A stretch of DNA of 64,000 bases from Gemmatimonadota bacterium (GTDB lineage Bacteria > Gemmatimonadota > Gemmatimonadetes > Gemmatimonadales > GWC2-71-9). This document shows positions 43,179 through 54,164 of the stretch, one piece after another; the first letter of the stretch is position 1, and each line of letters begins with the position of its first letter. A program made the position numbers and the translations under genes. The stretch spans positions 69,294 through 133,293 of the forward strand of contig JBDHBX010000001.1 of assembly GCA_039592335.1 (NCBI GenBank), written 5' to 3'. The notes under the pieces were generated by a model. That model saw only the letters and a list, made by a program, of their open reading frames with translations. It was not told where the DNA came from and did no database searches.

Positions 43179-43897
43179 GCAGCGACCTCGCCGTGGTGGG
43201 CATCGGTCGCATGGCGTACGAGGACGCGCTCGAGCTGCAGCGACGGCTGGCGCACGCTCGCATCGAGAAGAGCGCACCCAACGACATGCTGCTCCTGGTT
43301 GAGCATCCCCCCGTCGTGACGCTGGGACGCTCCACGGAGGAGCGACACCTGGTCACCGCGCCCGAGGTGCTCGCGGCACGTGGCATCGAGGTACACGAGA
43401 TCGAGCGCGGCGGTGACGTGACGTTTCACGGTCCCGGCCAGCTGGTGGGGTACCCGATCTACGACCTGACGGAGCACCGCAAGGACCTGCACTGGTTCCT
43501 GCGGCAGATCGAGGGAAGTCTCATCGCGGCGCTCGCGACCCTCGGCGTTCGAGCCGAGCGCAACGAGCGCTTCACCGGCGCGTGGACCGAGGGGCGCAAG
43601 ATCGCCAGCATCGGCATTCACGTGAAGCAGTGGGTCACCTGGCACGGCTTCGCGCTCAACGTGAGCACCGATCTGTCCTACTTCGATCTCATCGTTCCCT
43701 GCGGCATCGACGGCGTGGTGATGACCAGCATCACCCGGGAGCTCGGCTCGCGCACGCCGCGCGACCTGTGGGCGCGGGCGATCGACGCCGTGGTGCTGGG
43801 CTTCGCAGAGACATTCGAGCAGCAGCCGCGAATGGTGACCGCGGAGGAGCTGCTGGCTACTGAGCCATCAGCTCGAAGAACCTCCCGTACACCTTGA
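43175..43897 (+). CDS. lipB: Octanoyltransferase (lipoyl(octanoyl) transferase)
   Basis: LLLVEHPPVVTLG, ERGGDVTFHGPGQLVGYPI, KIASIGIHVKQWVTWHGFALNV, PCGI. Confidence 0.9.
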   Translation: MSSDLAVVGIGRMAYEDALELQRRLAHARIEKSAPNDMLLLVEHPPVVTLGRSTEERHLVTAPEVLAARGIEVHEIERGGDVTFHGPGQLVGYPIYDLTEHRKDLHWFLRQIEGSLIAALATLGVRAERNERFTGAWTEGRKIASIGIHVKQWVTWHGFALNVSTDLSYFDLIVPCGIDGVVMTSITRELGSRTPRDLWARAIDAVVLGFAETFEQQPRMVTAEELLATEPSARRTSRTP

Positions 43898-45215
43898 TCC
43901 CGTTGAGGAACTGATCGACTCCCAGCTTCTCGTTCGGCGCGTGCAGCCGATCGTCGGGGAGTCCGATCCCCGCGAGTAGCACCGGCGCTCCCTTCTTGCT
44001 GAGCGCGGCCACGACGGGAATCGAGCCGCCCGAACGGGTAAACACGATGCCCCGCCCCTCCACCTCCTGGAACGCCTGATCGATCAGCTCGAACGGCTTG
44101 GCGTCGATGTCCACCAGCACCGGGTCGGCGCCGTGGATGAACGAGAACGACACGTCGGCGTACTTCGGCGCGAGCTGGTTCACCGCCTTGATGAGCTGCT
44201 TCTCGACCGTCTTGGCTTTCTGATTGGGCACGAGCCGGAGGCTCACCTTGGCAGTAGCCTCGGCGGGGATCACCGTCTTGGCACCCTCACCGGTGAAACC
44301 GCCCATGATACCATGGATCTCCAGCGTGGGGAGCCCCCACAGCCGCTCGAACACCGAGTAGCGGGTGAGGCCCGTGAGCGCCCTGGACCCGACCTCGTCG
44401 CGAATGAACTCCCGCTCTTGGAAGGGGAGCTGGTCCCACGCATCGCGCTCCGCCTTGGCGGGGCGCCTCACGGCCCCGTACAGCCCCGGGATGTTGATCC
44501 GACCCTTCTCGGTCTTGAGCTTCGCGAGGATGTGCACCAGAGTCTCGTGCGCGTTGGGCGCCACGCCGCCGTACAGCCCGGAGTGGAGATCGCCCTTGAG
44601 GGTGCGCACCTTGATCTCGCCATAGCAGATCCCGCGCAGCCCCACCTCGATGGCCGGGATACCCGGCGCGTAGTACTGGGTGTCGGCCACCAGTGCGGCG
44701 TCGGCCTCCACCAGCTCCGGCCGCTCGTCGAGCAGATCGAACAACACACCGCTCCCCATCTCCTCCTGACCCTCGATGAGAAACCGCATGTTCACCGGCG
44801 GCTTTCCGCCCCGGCTCACGGCCTCGAACGCCTTGATGATGGCGAACGCCTGACCCTTGTCGTCGGTGGCGCCCCGCGCATAGAGGTTGCCGTCCCGCAC
44901 CGTAGGCTCGAACGGCGGGGTCGCCCACTCGTCCAGCGGATCGGGCGGCTGCACGTCGTAGTGGCCGTAAGCCAGCACGACGGGCTTGCCCGGAACCTCG
45001 GGGCCCTTGGCCCATACCACCGGGTGCGTGTCGCTGCCGAGCAGCTCCACCTCGCAATCCAGATTGCGCAGTTGGTCCGCGACCCACTCGGCGGCATGCC
45101 GGCAGTCGGAAGCGTTGACGGGCAGCGTGGAGATGCTGGGGATCCGGAGCAGGTCGTTCAGCTCCTGAAGCATTCGGTCGCCATTGGCTGCGACGAAGGA
45201 TTGCAGATCAGACAT
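43857..45215 (-). CDS. M20-family metallopeptidase (dipeptidase-like)
   Basis: YGHYDVQP, RGATDDKGQ, EGQEEMGS. About 450 aa. The 3' end overlaps the lipB 3' end by 41 nt. Confidence 0.85.
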   Translation of the reverse strand: MSDLQSFVAANGDRMLQELNDLLRIPSISTLPVNASDCRHAAEWVADQLRNLDCEVELLGSDTHPVVWAKGPEVPGKPVVLAYGHYDVQPPDPLDEWATPPFEPTVRDGNLYARGATDDKGQAFAIIKAFEAVSRGGKPPVNMRFLIEGQEEMGSGVLFDLLDERPELVEADAALVADTQYYAPGIPAIEVGLRGICYGEIKVRTLKGDLHSGLYGGVAPNAHETLVHILAKLKTEKGRINIPGLYGAVRRPAKAERDAWDQLPFQEREFIRDEVGSRALTGLTRYSVFERLWGLPTLEIHGIMGGFTGEGAKTVIPAEATAKVSLRLVPNQKAKTVEKQLIKAVNQLAPKYADVSFSFIHGADPVLVDIDAKPFELIDQAFQEVEGRGIVFTRSGGSIPVVAALSKKGAPVLLAGIGLPDDRLHAPNEKLGVDQFLNGIKVYGRFFELMAQ

Positions 45216-45313
45216 GGTTGCTCGCTTCTCTCGGAACGGAAGTTGCTGCGGGTACCCCGCACGTCACGGGCGCCGGCCCCGGCCGGCGCTTCCCGCTAAA
45301 ATATACCCGGGGA

Positions 45314-46405
45314 TCATTGGGGCGGCGTGGTGAGCCGCTCCACCACCTCGAACGGGGGTGCGTCGGGGTCAGCGTCCAGCGCCTCGGCGATGCGTGCTAC
45401 GGTGGCTCGCAGATCGCCGTCCTCTGCCTCGAGCACCTGATCGAACAGCTCGAGCCGGGTGCGGTAGATCCGCTGTGCGAGCAGCGAGGCGTTGTTGAGC
45501 GTGTTCTCGGCCATGCGGGGGCCGTTGTACACCTCGAGCTCGTCGGCGAGCCCTGTCCGCAACCGTTCTCGGGCCTCGTCGAACAGCGCCTGGCGCCGGC
45601 GCTCCATCTCGTCCTCGGCCAGCTCGCTGCGGTAGAGCTGCTCGAGGGTATCGGCCAGCTCGCGATAGAACGCCCCCAGGCGCCGCTGGTCGCGCATGAT
45701 CGCCACGGCGCGCCGGGCGCCAGCGGTGTCTTCCCGGTCGCCGAAGAACGCCTCGGCACCACGGTACCCCACGAACAGCGCGAAGCTCTCGTTGAACAGC
45801 GTCTCGTTCGCTACGTAGAGCGTGTTGTGCGCGATCTCGTGCAGCACCAGCGAGGCCAGCGATACGGGATCGCGCGACAGCGCGGTGGAGAGCAGCGGAT
45901 CGTTGAACCAGCCGAGCGTGGAGAACGCGGCGGCCGGCCGCAGATAGATGTCGTAGCCCTCGTCCTGCAACCGCGCGGCCGCGCCGCGCGCCGCGTCCAG
46001 ATCGAAGAAGCCCTTGTAGGGAATCGTCCCGACAATCGGATAGCGCCAGGTGTAGGGTGCCAGCGTGTAACGCGGGCTCGCCGTTAGCACCAGAAGAAGT
46101 GTGTCCTTTTCCAAGTCGGAGAAGGTCGTATAGGTATCGCCCGCGTCGAGTAACAGCGAGTCCTCCCCGAACTGCCGGGCGTCGAGCACGAGCTGGAACT
46201 GCCGGCGCCGCAGGTCGGACGTGCCGGAGTCCGCGAGCAGCTCCGCAATGTCGCGCCGCCGCCGCAGGATGCCTGCCTCCTCATATGCCGAGCGCAGCAC
46301 GAAGCGCACGTCGGCACTGAGGACCACGGCGGCCGCGAACAGCACCACGAGCGCGCCGGCCCCGATGGCCGCACCCTTGAGGAGTCTAGAACGTGAAACG
46401 CGCAC
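45314..46405 (-). CDS. Putative zinc aminopeptidase (PF10023/DUF2265-like)
   Basis: N-terminal TM/signal segment. HExxH motif LVLHEIAHNTLY. The size and layout fit the predicted-aminopeptidase family. Confidence 0.6.
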   Translation of the reverse strand: MRVSRSRLLKGAAIGAGALVVLFAAAVVLSADVRFVLRSAYEEAGILRRRRDIAELLADSGTSDLRRRQFQLVLDARQFGEDSLLLDAGDTYTTFSDLEKDTLLLVLTASPRYTLAPYTWRYPIVGTIPYKGFFDLDAARGAAARLQDEGYDIYLRPAAAFSTLGWFNDPLLSTALSRDPVSLASLVLHEIAHNTLYVANETLFNESFALFVGYRGAEAFFGDREDTAGARRAVAIMRDQRRLGAFYRELADTLEQLYRSELAEDEMERRRQALFDEARERLRTGLADELEVYNGPRMAENTLNNASLLAQRIYRTRLELFDQVLEAEDGDLRATVARIAEALDADPDAPPFEVVERLTTPPQ

Positions 46406-47315
46406 CCCAGTAGTGCCCCGGCTCGCCCAGCAGGTCCTCGTCGCGGTAGGCGTAGTCCAGCATCAGGGTACCCACCTGCACCGTACCGCCGAACGTGAAC
46501 TCGGAATTGGACAGCACGTCGGGTCGCCCGCTCCACCCCGCGCGCCCGATCACACCCAACGCCCCCTTGAGCACCGCTCCCGCTTCCAGGCCGATCACGG
46601 CCCGCGCCGACCCACCCGCACGCCACATCATCTCGAACGTACTCAGGAGCCGAAACGACTCCTGGGGGTCGACGTAGTTCATGGTGAACCCCAAGCGCGT
46701 GAGCCGCGGCATCACCAGCGACGAGGTATCACGCCAGTTGCCGCCGATGTTCTGCACGGCGAAGGCAATGGCCATGATGTCGAAGAAGGCGAACGCGAGG
46801 CCCGCGTCGCCGCTCACGCCTCCGGTCCACACGTCACCCACGGTGCGGCGGGTGTACTTCCCGGTCACGCCGAGCGCGAGGATCCCGAAGCGGTACACGA
46901 GGGACGCGGTGCCCAGCACCTCGCGCGAGCCGGTGCCCGCCGGGATGCCGCCGCCCAGGTACTGATCGGCGTTGGTGCCGAAATCGAACAGGCGGCCGCC
47001 GACCCCCAGATCGAACTGGCGAATGCGCCACCCCAGGGCGCCGCTCATGACGAACGCGTCGCCCGGCGCCGAACGGTACGCGGCCTCGAGGCCTGCATGG
47101 CGCAGCGTGGCGAGCGCGGTGGGGCTGGTGAACACGCCCGCCGCATCGCCCAGGATCGCGACGCCGGCGCTGTTGAGCCCGACGCTCCTGACGGAGGCGG
47201 GGAGCTGGACAAGGTAGACGGTGTCCTGTGTCTGCGCCGCGGCGGGGCGCGGGCAGATGAGGGCCCCACAGAGAGCCAGTGGAGTCGCGAATCGGGCTCG
47301 CGGGTGACAGCGCAC
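46386..47315 (-). CDS. Outer-membrane beta-barrel protein (PorV/FadL-like, tentative)
   Basis: Signal ...ICPRPAAAQ. N-terminal VRSVGLNSAGVAILGDAAGVFTSPTALATL resembles the GMGGA...NPAGLA motif. Alternating beta pattern. C-terminal ...WGARFTF. Confidence 0.5.
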   Translation of the reverse strand: MRCHPRARFATPLALCGALICPRPAAAQTQDTVYLVQLPASVRSVGLNSAGVAILGDAAGVFTSPTALATLRHAGLEAAYRSAPGDAFVMSGALGWRIRQFDLGVGGRLFDFGTNADQYLGGGIPAGTGSREVLGTASLVYRFGILALGVTGKYTRRTVGDVWTGGVSGDAGLAFAFFDIMAIAFAVQNIGGNWRDTSSLVMPRLTRLGFTMNYVDPQESFRLLSTFEMMWRAGGSARAVIGLEAGAVLKGALGVIGRAGWSGRPDVLSNSEFTFGGTVQVGTLMLDYAYRDEDLLGEPGHYWGARFTF

Positions 47316-47365
47316 GCCCTAAGTTACCGCTCCACACGCGGCCGCAAGACCCGCCGCGCGCCCCC

Positions 47366-49567
47366 CTACCGGATCCGGACCACCTCGAGCCGCGGTGTCA
47401 CCGTCGCACTCACCTGCCCGCCGGCCGGGTTCTCGAAGCTCACCGTGAAGCCGCGCTGACTGGCGAGCTGCTCGACGAGGTAGAAATCCCCCGAGCCGGA
47501 GTGCAGCATGCCAGTGACGTTGAACGCGCCGCCGGTGAACTCCGTCGGGATCAGCGGGAAGGGAACGGGAAACCGCGTCGGGTCCACCTGGTGGAGGGCG
47601 TCGAAGGTGGTCCGGAACGTCCACGTGGTATACCGCAGCCTCGACGCCGCGGTAAACCCGGGCAGATCGGACACGTAGTTGGCGAGGAACCACTGCGACA
47701 GCAGCCGCGAAAACGGCTCGCCGACGACCGCCTCCACGTTGTCAGCGCCCGTGAGCGTCGTCTCCACCATGCGGCGGATCGTCGCGTCGCCGAACTGGTC
47801 CACCACCCAGCGCAGGAACAGCCAGATGGCGCCCCGCTCCGACAACGTGCCCGACCCCTGCGTCCACAGCACGAAGTCGTTCCCCGGCTCCTGCAAGTAG
47901 CGGTAACCGTCGAACAGGTTGCCGATCGCGAACTCGCCGAACCGTCGTTGATCCCCGATCCCTTCGAAGTGGAGCGCCGCCAGCTCCTCGGAGAGATGCG
48001 ACAAGCCCTCGTTCAGCCAGAGGACCTCCGAGTCGCCGCCCCGCACCAGCACGTGCTGGTTGTAGCCGATCATGTGCTGCATCTCGTGCGAGAAGGTGAC
48101 GGTCACGAGCCGGCTCAGCGAGCTCTTGCTCAGGTCGCAGGAGACGGTGCCGTCGGGGTCGGCCACGATCGAGTAGAAGATCTCGGCCTGGTTGGACCGG
48201 CTGTCACCGGCGAATGCGGGATCGAGATCGACCGCGAAGAAGAAGCCCGTGATGACGCCGCTCTGGCAGTCGTCTGCATCCGTCAGTTGGTTCACCACCG
48301 GTGTCATCAGGATGAACACCACGCCGTTCTGGTCCACGTCCGATTCGGAGCCGAAGGCGTTGGTGGCCACTTCGTACAGCTCGTCGTCGAACAGGCTTCC
48401 CAGGTTCTCCACCTCCTGGTCCGACAGCCGCTCCGGCAAGTCCACGTCCTCGTAGAGTGCGGCGTGCTGCCCCACGTAGCGGGCGGTGGCACTCACCGTC
48501 TCGAAGTTTTCCACGGTACACGGCAGGGCGCCGCACACTCGGAAACTCCTTCGGTCGCCCACCTCGATGCCGGGCGCGGCTGCGGCCGGCGCGAGGAACT
48601 GCGGCTCGAGCTGCGGCTTCGGCAGCCGAGCGATCTCCGCCTCGCGCTGCCGCAGCCAGTCGTGGAACCGCAGGTGCGCAGGCAGCTCTGCCTCGGGCCG
48701 CTCGGTGGCGGCGATCACCGGCGTCAACGGATCGCCCACCAGGCGGTAGTCGGCCTGCAGGTTCGCCACCCCCGTCACCGACTGCGGTGCCAACAGGTAA
48801 AGGGCGCCGCTCGCGTCGGCGTCGGGGAAGACCGCGCAGTTGTCGAGCGCGGCCGGATCGAAGGAGGCGTACTCGCCGGCCTCCAGGCGCAGGGGATCGC
48901 TCTGCGCCTGGTACGTTCCCGAGGTCTCGTCCAGCGTGGCCGCGGCGTACGTCAGCGCGACGGGGACGTCCCCCGGGAGGAGGCACTCGGGGACTACCGC
49001 GTCGAGGCTCGTCCCGTCGACCGCGGCTGAGAGCACGCGGGCGAGCGTCCCGTCGATCTCGACCAGCAGGGTGTCGGCGAGGTCCGTGCCCTGGATGGTC
49101 ACCGTATCGCCACCCGTGAACGTGCCGGGTGAGAGGCCACTGATCTGGGGCGGGGCCACCGCGGTCATCGCAAAGGAGGCTACCGCTGCTGCGTTCACCA
49201 CCAGCTCCGCCTCCACCGTGTGGCTGCCGGCCGCACTACCCAAAGTGACCGCGACCTCCGCCTGGCCGTTCCCGTCGGACGTCGTGACGCCGTTGGAAAG
49301 ACTCGCCCCGCTGCCCGACGTCACCGTCCACGCCACCTCGGCGCGCGGGACGGTGATCCCCTGGGCATCGGTGACCGTGACGGCGAGCGGCAGTGGCAGC
49401 CGAGCGCCGGCGAACGCGGTCTGGTTGTTGCTGCCGGAGACGATGGCGAGAGCCGCCGGAACGGGGAGGTCGTTCCCCCCACAGGCTCCGGCCGCCACCA
49501 CCCCGGCGAGACCCATCAACGCTCGGAGCCTCAAGAAACCCTCCTCAGGATCCGCTCCGGGGCGCAA
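47366..49567 (-). CDS. Secreted or lipoprotein zinc metalloprotease with Ig-like and IPT/TIG domains
   Basis: Lipobox-like VAAGAC. Ig-like repeat (LAVTVTDAQG...GQAEVAVTLG). IPT/TIG (PQISGLSPGTFTGGDTVTIQGTDL). HExxH in TFSHEMQHMIGYNQH. Confidence 0.6.
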   Translation of the reverse strand: MRPGADPEEGFLRLRALMGLAGVVAAGACGGNDLPVPAALAIVSGSNNQTAFAGARLPLPLAVTVTDAQGITVPRAEVAWTVTSGSGASLSNGVTTSDGNGQAEVAVTLGSAAGSHTVEAELVVNAAAVASFAMTAVAPPQISGLSPGTFTGGDTVTIQGTDLADTLLVEIDGTLARVLSAAVDGTSLDAVVPECLLPGDVPVALTYAAATLDETSGTYQAQSDPLRLEAGEYASFDPAALDNCAVFPDADASGALYLLAPQSVTGVANLQADYRLVGDPLTPVIAATERPEAELPAHLRFHDWLRQREAEIARLPKPQLEPQFLAPAAAAPGIEVGDRRSFRVCGALPCTVENFETVSATARYVGQHAALYEDVDLPERLSDQEVENLGSLFDDELYEVATNAFGSESDVDQNGVVFILMTPVVNQLTDADDCQSGVITGFFFAVDLDPAFAGDSRSNQAEIFYSIVADPDGTVSCDLSKSSLSRLVTVTFSHEMQHMIGYNQHVLVRGGDSEVLWLNEGLSHLSEELAALHFEGIGDQRRFGEFAIGNLFDGYRYLQEPGNDFVLWTQGSGTLSERGAIWLFLRWVVDQFGDATIRRMVETTLTGADNVEAVVGEPFSRLLSQWFLANYVSDLPGFTAASRLRYTTWTFRTTFDALHQVDPTRFPVPFPLIPTEFTGGAFNVTGMLHSGSGDFYLVEQLASQRGFTVSFENPAGGQVSATVTPRLEVVRIR

Positions 49568-49654
49568 TTCGGCCCCAAACGGCCCGGATTCTCTCGTTTT
49601 CGTGGGGGCGCATAACCCCCAATGTCAGAGGAACATACGCAGGCCAAGTCAATT

Positions 49655-49683
49655 TTGACAACGCGAGAACGCCTGGATAAGCT
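49655..49683 (+). promoter_or_regulatory. Candidate sigma70 promoter of dnaE
   Basis: TTGACA-N17-TAAGCT, ending 21 nt before the dnaE ATG. Confidence 0.4.
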
Positions 49684-49703
49684 TCTCGGCTGGAGCTCCC
49701 CCC

Positions 49704-52700
49704 ATGACCTTCGTCCACCTCCACACCCACTCGGAATACTCGCTGCTGGACGGCGCGAATCGGATACCCGATCTCGTCGCAAAAGTCTCCGAGCTGGGGA
49801 TGGACAGCCTCGCGATCACGGACCACGGCAACCTGCACGCCGCGTGGTCGTTCTACGAGCACGCCAGGTCGGCAGGAATCCGGCCCATTCTGGGGTTCGA
49901 GGCCTACGTGGCGTTCGGACCGCGCCAGACCCGGGAGCGGCCGTCGTGGGCGCCGGCCCAGTACTCCCACCTGGTGCTCCTCGCCCGCAACCGCAAAGGC
50001 TACAAGAACCTGATCCGGCTCTCCTCCATCGGGTACGTGGAGGGCTACTACCGCCGGCCGCGCATCGACCGCGAGGTGCTCGAGCAGCACTCGGAGGGCA
50101 TCGTGGCCCTGGCCGCGTGCCTCTCGGGAGACGTCGCGCTGTGGCTGCGACAGGGCAACTACGAGGAGGCGCGCAAGTCGGCCGAGTGGTACTCCCGCGT
50201 CCTCGGGCCCGATGGCTTCTGGCTCGAGGTGCAGGACCACGGCATCCCCGACGAGAGGGTGGTACAGGAGGGGATGTTCAGGCTGGGCGACGACCTGGGA
50301 CTCCCCATCGTGGCCACCAACGATGCTCACTACCTGGAGCGCGCCGATCACGAGGCGCACGACTGCCTCCTGGCCATCGGAACGGGGAAAGACCTGGACG
50401 ATCCCACCCGCTTCCGGTTCTACGGGCAGGAGAGCTACGTGAAGTCGGAAGCGGAGATGGCGGAGCTGTTTCCCAGCCGGTCGGACGTGCTGGAGAACAC
50501 GGCCCGGGTCGCCGAGCTCTGCGAGCTCGACTTCGAGAAGCGCTACTTCCTCCCCGAGTTCCCCCTCCCCGAGGAGTACCGGTCGGTCAACGACCTGCTG
50601 ATCGAGCTCTCCACGACCGGTGCCACGCGCCGCTACGGCGATCCCCTGCCGGCGGCGGTGGAGGAGCGCTTGCAGTACGAGCTCGGGGTGATCACCAAGA
50701 CGGGCTACGCTGGCTACTTCCTGATCGTCCACGATTTCATCCAGGCCGCTCGCGACCGCGGCATCCCCGTGGGCCCGGGCCGTGGCTCTGCAGCCGGGTC
50801 ACTCGTGGCGTACTCGCTGGGGATCACCGATGTCGACCCGCTCAAGTTCGATCTGCTGTTCGAGCGGTTCCTGAACCCTGAGCGGATCTCGATGCCCGAC
50901 ATCGACGTGGACTTCTGCTTCGAGCGCCGCGGCGAGGTCATCGAGTACGTGCGAGAGCGCTACGGTCGCACGAGCGTGGGCCAAATCATCACCTTCGGGA
51001 CGCTCAAGGCGCGCGCCGCCGTGCGCGACATTGCCCGCGTGCTGCGCGTGAGCCCCGCCGACGCCGACCGTATCGCCAAGCTGATCCCCTCGGGGCCGGG
51101 TTACCAGCTGTCGGTGGCGGACGCCGTGAAGCGGGTGCCGGAACTCGCCCACCTGGTGCGCGAGGACGCCACCATCGAGCGGCTCGCCGATCTGGCGCAG
51201 CGCATCGAGGGGCTGGCTCGCCACGCCTCCGTCCATGCCGCGGGCATCGTGATCGCGCCGGGCCCGCTGGACGAGTACGTGCCGGTGTGCACCCCGCCGC
51301 AGCAGCGCAATGCGGGCGGCAACGGCGGCGGGGAAGAGACGATCATCACGCAGTACGACATGATCGCCCTCGAAAAGATCGGCATGCTCAAGATGGACTT
51401 CCTGGGCCTCAAGACGCTCACAGTAATTCACGACGCGCTCGCGATGATTCGGGAGCGGCACGGGGTGGAGGTGGACTTCGACGCGATCGACCTGGACGAT
51501 CCCGAGACCTACGCACAGCTGCGCGACGGGCGCACGGCCGGGGTGTTCCAGTTCGAGTCGGCTCTCGCCACCGAGATGCTGCACCAGATGCGGGTGGACC
51601 GGTTCGACGACCTGGTGGCCACCAACGCGTTGGTGCGGCCTGGCCCGCTGGACTCGGGCATGCACCAGGTGTACACGCGCCGCAAGCGGGGTGAAGAGGA
51701 AGTGCGCTACCCCCACAAGGATCTGCGGGAGGTGCTGGAGCCGACGTACGGCGTGATCATCTATCAGGAACAGGTGATGCGGATCGCCAACGTGCTGGCG
51801 GGCTACAGCCTCGCCGAGGCCGACGTGCTCCGCAAGGCCGTAGGGAAGAAGATCCAGGAGTTGATCGAGCAGGAGCTCGACCGGTTCGTCGAGCGAGCAG
51901 TGGAGCGCGGCTACACCCGTCACCTGGCCGAGGACATCGCCGGCCAGATCACGACGTTCGGGCGGTACGGGTTCAACAAATCCCACTCGGTGGCGTACAG
52001 CATCCTCTCGTACCGCACCGCCTGGCTCAAGGCGCACTACCCCGCCGAGTTCATGGCGGCGCTGCTCTCCTCGGAGATCGGCGATACCGACAAGGTGGTG
52101 GCGTACATCAACGAGGCCCGAGAGCTGGGTCTCGAGGTGCTCCCTCCGTCGGTCACCGAGTCGGGCTGGAAGTTCACGGTCATCGGCGACGACCAGATCC
52201 GCTTCGGGCTGGGCGCGGTGCGCAACGTGGGGCGCGGCGCGATCGAGTCGATCATCGCAGGGAGAGACACCGAGCCGTACACGTCGCTCACAGACTTCTG
52301 CGAACGTATCGATCTCCGGCTGTGCAACAAGCGGGTGATCGAGTCCCTCGTGGCCGCCGGTGCGCTGGACCAACTCGAGGGGCACCGGGCGCAGCAGATC
52401 GCGGCACTCGACCAGGCACTGCACGAGGCCCAGCTGCGCCAGCAGGACCGCGCGTCGGGACAGGAATCCCTGTTCGGCGATCCGTCGCAGGCGCAAGCCG
52501 CGCCGCCGCCCTCGCTCCCCGACGTGGAGCCGTGGAGCGAGAGCGACCGACTTGCCAAGGAGAAGGAGGTCGTGGGATTCTTCATCTCGGGGCATCCGCT
52601 GCAGCGGTTCCGGGATGAGGCCCAGCTGTTTGGCACGCGCACGACGGCGACGCTGGGGGTGTGGAGTGAGCACCGTGTCACTGCGGCCGTCGTCGTGACC

Positions 52701-53186
52701 GCCGTGAAGCGCCGCATCAGCAAGAAGACCGGCGCGGAGTATGCGCGGCTCACCCTCGAGGATTTCCATGGGACGGCCGAGGCGATTGTGTTCCCCGACG
52801 CGTGGGGCAAGCTATCGAGCGTCATCGTGCCCGATGCAGCGCTGCTGCTGACCGGTGGGTACAGCACGCGTGACCGCGGGGAGGACCGCGCACCATTCAT
52901 CGTGGAGCTGGCGCAGCCGCTGGAGGGTCTCCGTACCTCGGGCGCGATGGGGGTAGCGGTGGAGTGGAGCAAGGGCGATGGTCCGGACGGTGATGCCGCG
53001 CGGGCGCTCAAGGCGCTCTGCGCCGCCCACCCGGGGCCGGCACCGGTTTTCGTGGAGTGGAGCGACGGCAACGGGGCCACCGCCCATCTGCGGGCCCGTG
53101 GCACACAGGTGGCCCTCGAGGAAGATTTCCTGGACGCCCTGCGCCAACTGGTTGGGGGCGACCGCGTGCGGCTGGTCAAGGCGTAA
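49704..53186 (+). CDS. dnaE: DNA polymerase III alpha subunit
   Basis: PHP domain [16 protein letters not shown]. 1160 aa. [21 protein letters not shown] fold at the C-terminus. Confidence 0.97.
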   Translation: MTFVHLHTHSEYSLLDGANRIPDLVAKVSELGMDSLAITDHGNLHAAWSFYEHARSAGIRPILGFEAYVAFGPRQTRERPSWAPAQYSHLVLLARNRKGYKNLIRLSSIGYVEGYYRRPRIDREVLEQHSEGIVALAACLSGDVALWLRQGNYEEARKSAEWYSRVLGPDGFWLEVQDHGIPDERVVQEGMFRLGDDLGLPIVATNDAHYLERADHEAHDCLLAIGTGKDLDDPTRFRFYGQESYVKSEAEMAELFPSRSDVLENTARVAELCELDFEKRYFLPEFPLPEEYRSVNDLLIELSTTGATRRYGDPLPAAVEERLQYELGVITKTGYAGYFLIVHDFIQAARDRGIPVGPGRGSAAGSLVAYSLGITDVDPLKFDLLFERFLNPERISMPDIDVDFCFERRGEVIEYVRERYGRTSVGQIITFGTLKARAAVRDIARVLRVSPADADRIAKLIPSGPGYQLSVADAVKRVPELAHLVREDATIERLADLAQRIEGLARHASVHAAGIVIAPGPLDEYVPVCTPPQQRNAGGNGGGEETIITQYDMIALEKIGMLKMDFLGLKTLTVIHDALAMIRERHGVEVDFDAIDLDDPETYAQLRDGRTAGVFQFESALATEMLHQMRVDRFDDLVATNALVRPGPLDSGMHQVYTRRKRGEEEVRYPHKDLREVLEPTYGVIIYQEQVMRIANVLAGYSLAEADVLRKAVGKKIQELIEQELDRFVERAVERGYTRHLAEDIAGQITTFGRYGFNKSHSVAYSILSYRTAWLKAHYPAEFMAALLSSEIGDTDKVVAYINEARELGLEVLPPSVTESGWKFTVIGDDQIRFGLGAVRNVGRGAIESIIAGRDTEPYTSLTDFCERIDLRLCNKRVIESLVAAGALDQLEGHRAQQIAALDQALHEAQLRQQDRASGQESLFGDPSQAQAAPPPSLPDVEPWSESDRLAKEKEVVGFFISGHPLQRFRDEAQLFGTRTTATLGVWSEHRVTAAVVVTAVKRRISKKTGAEYARLTLEDFHGTAEAIVFPDAWGKLSSVIVPDAALLLTGGYSTRDRGEDRAPFIVELAQPLEGLRTSGAMGVAVEWSKGDGPDGDAARALKALCAAHPGPAPVFVEWSDGNGATAHLRARGTQVALEEDFLDALRQLVGGDRVRLVKA

Positions 53187-53200
53187 GTAGAGGAGAGAGC

Positions 53201-54163
53201 GTGGCCAACGGGTTCAACCTCAACTTCGAGAAGCCGATCGTCGAGCTGGAGCGGCAGATCGAGAGCCTCCGGGAGACGGCGACCGCCCGGGACCTCGACG
53301 TGCACGGAGAGATCGCCCCGCTGGAGGAGAAGCTCACCACGCTGCGCCGCGAGATCTACAGCGACCTCACACCCATGCAACGCGTGCAGGTGGCGCGGCA
53401 CCCGCGGCGGCCCTACACGCTCGACTACATCGAGCGGGTCTTCACGGACTTCGTCGAGCTCAAGGGCGACCGGTTGTTCCGCGACGACCCGGCGATCGTG
53501 GGCGGGTGGGCCCGTCTCGCGGGCGACCCCGTCATGGTCATCGGCCACCAGAAGGGCCGCGACACGAAGCAGAACCTGCAGCGCAACTTCGGCATGCCCC
53601 ACCCGGAGGGCTATCGCAAGGCGCTCCGCCTCATGCACATGGCCGAGCGGTTCACCGCACCGGTCATCACGCTCATCGACACCCCCGGTGCTTACCCCGG
53701 GCTGGGCGCCGAGGAGCGGGGCCAGGCGGAGGCCATCGCGCGGAACCTGGAAGAGATGGCGGCCCTCGAGGTCCCCTTCGTCGCCGCCGTGATCGGCGAG
53801 GGCGGCTCGGGCGGCGCGCTGGCGCTGGGCGTGGCCGACCGGGTTCTCATGCTGGAGAACGCCGTTTACTCCGTGATCTCCCCCGAAGGGTGTGCCGCCA
53901 TTCTGTGGAACGACGCGACACAGAAGGAGCGGGCGGCGGAGGCGCTCAGGCTCACCGCCCGTGACCTGTTGGACCTCGGGGTGATCGACGAGATCGTGCC
54001 CGAGCCCGCCGGCGGCGCGCACGCCGACCCCGACGGCACCGCCGAAGCGCTGGGGGCGGTCCTCACCCAGCAGATCGGTGAGCTCGAGCGGCTCGACCCG
54101 CAGGAGCGCGTCCGGCTCCGCGCGGACAAGTACCGCCGGATGGGGCGGTTCACCGAGCAGTAG
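53201..54163 (+). CDS. accA: Acetyl-CoA carboxylase carboxyltransferase alpha subunit
   Basis: AGGAG-N5-GTG at 53201. [45 protein letters not shown]. Confidence 0.93.
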   Translation: MANGFNLNFEKPIVELERQIESLRETATARDLDVHGEIAPLEEKLTTLRREIYSDLTPMQRVQVARHPRRPYTLDYIERVFTDFVELKGDRLFRDDPAIVGGWARLAGDPVMVIGHQKGRDTKQNLQRNFGMPHPEGYRKALRLMHMAERFTAPVITLIDTPGAYPGLGAEERGQAEAIARNLEEMAALEVPFVAAVIGEGGSGGALALGVADRVLMLENAVYSVISPEGCAAILWNDATQKERAAEALRLTARDLLDLGVIDEIVPEPAGGAHADPDGTAEALGAVLTQQIGELERLDPQERVRLRADKYRRMGRFTEQ

Positions 54164-54164
54164 C

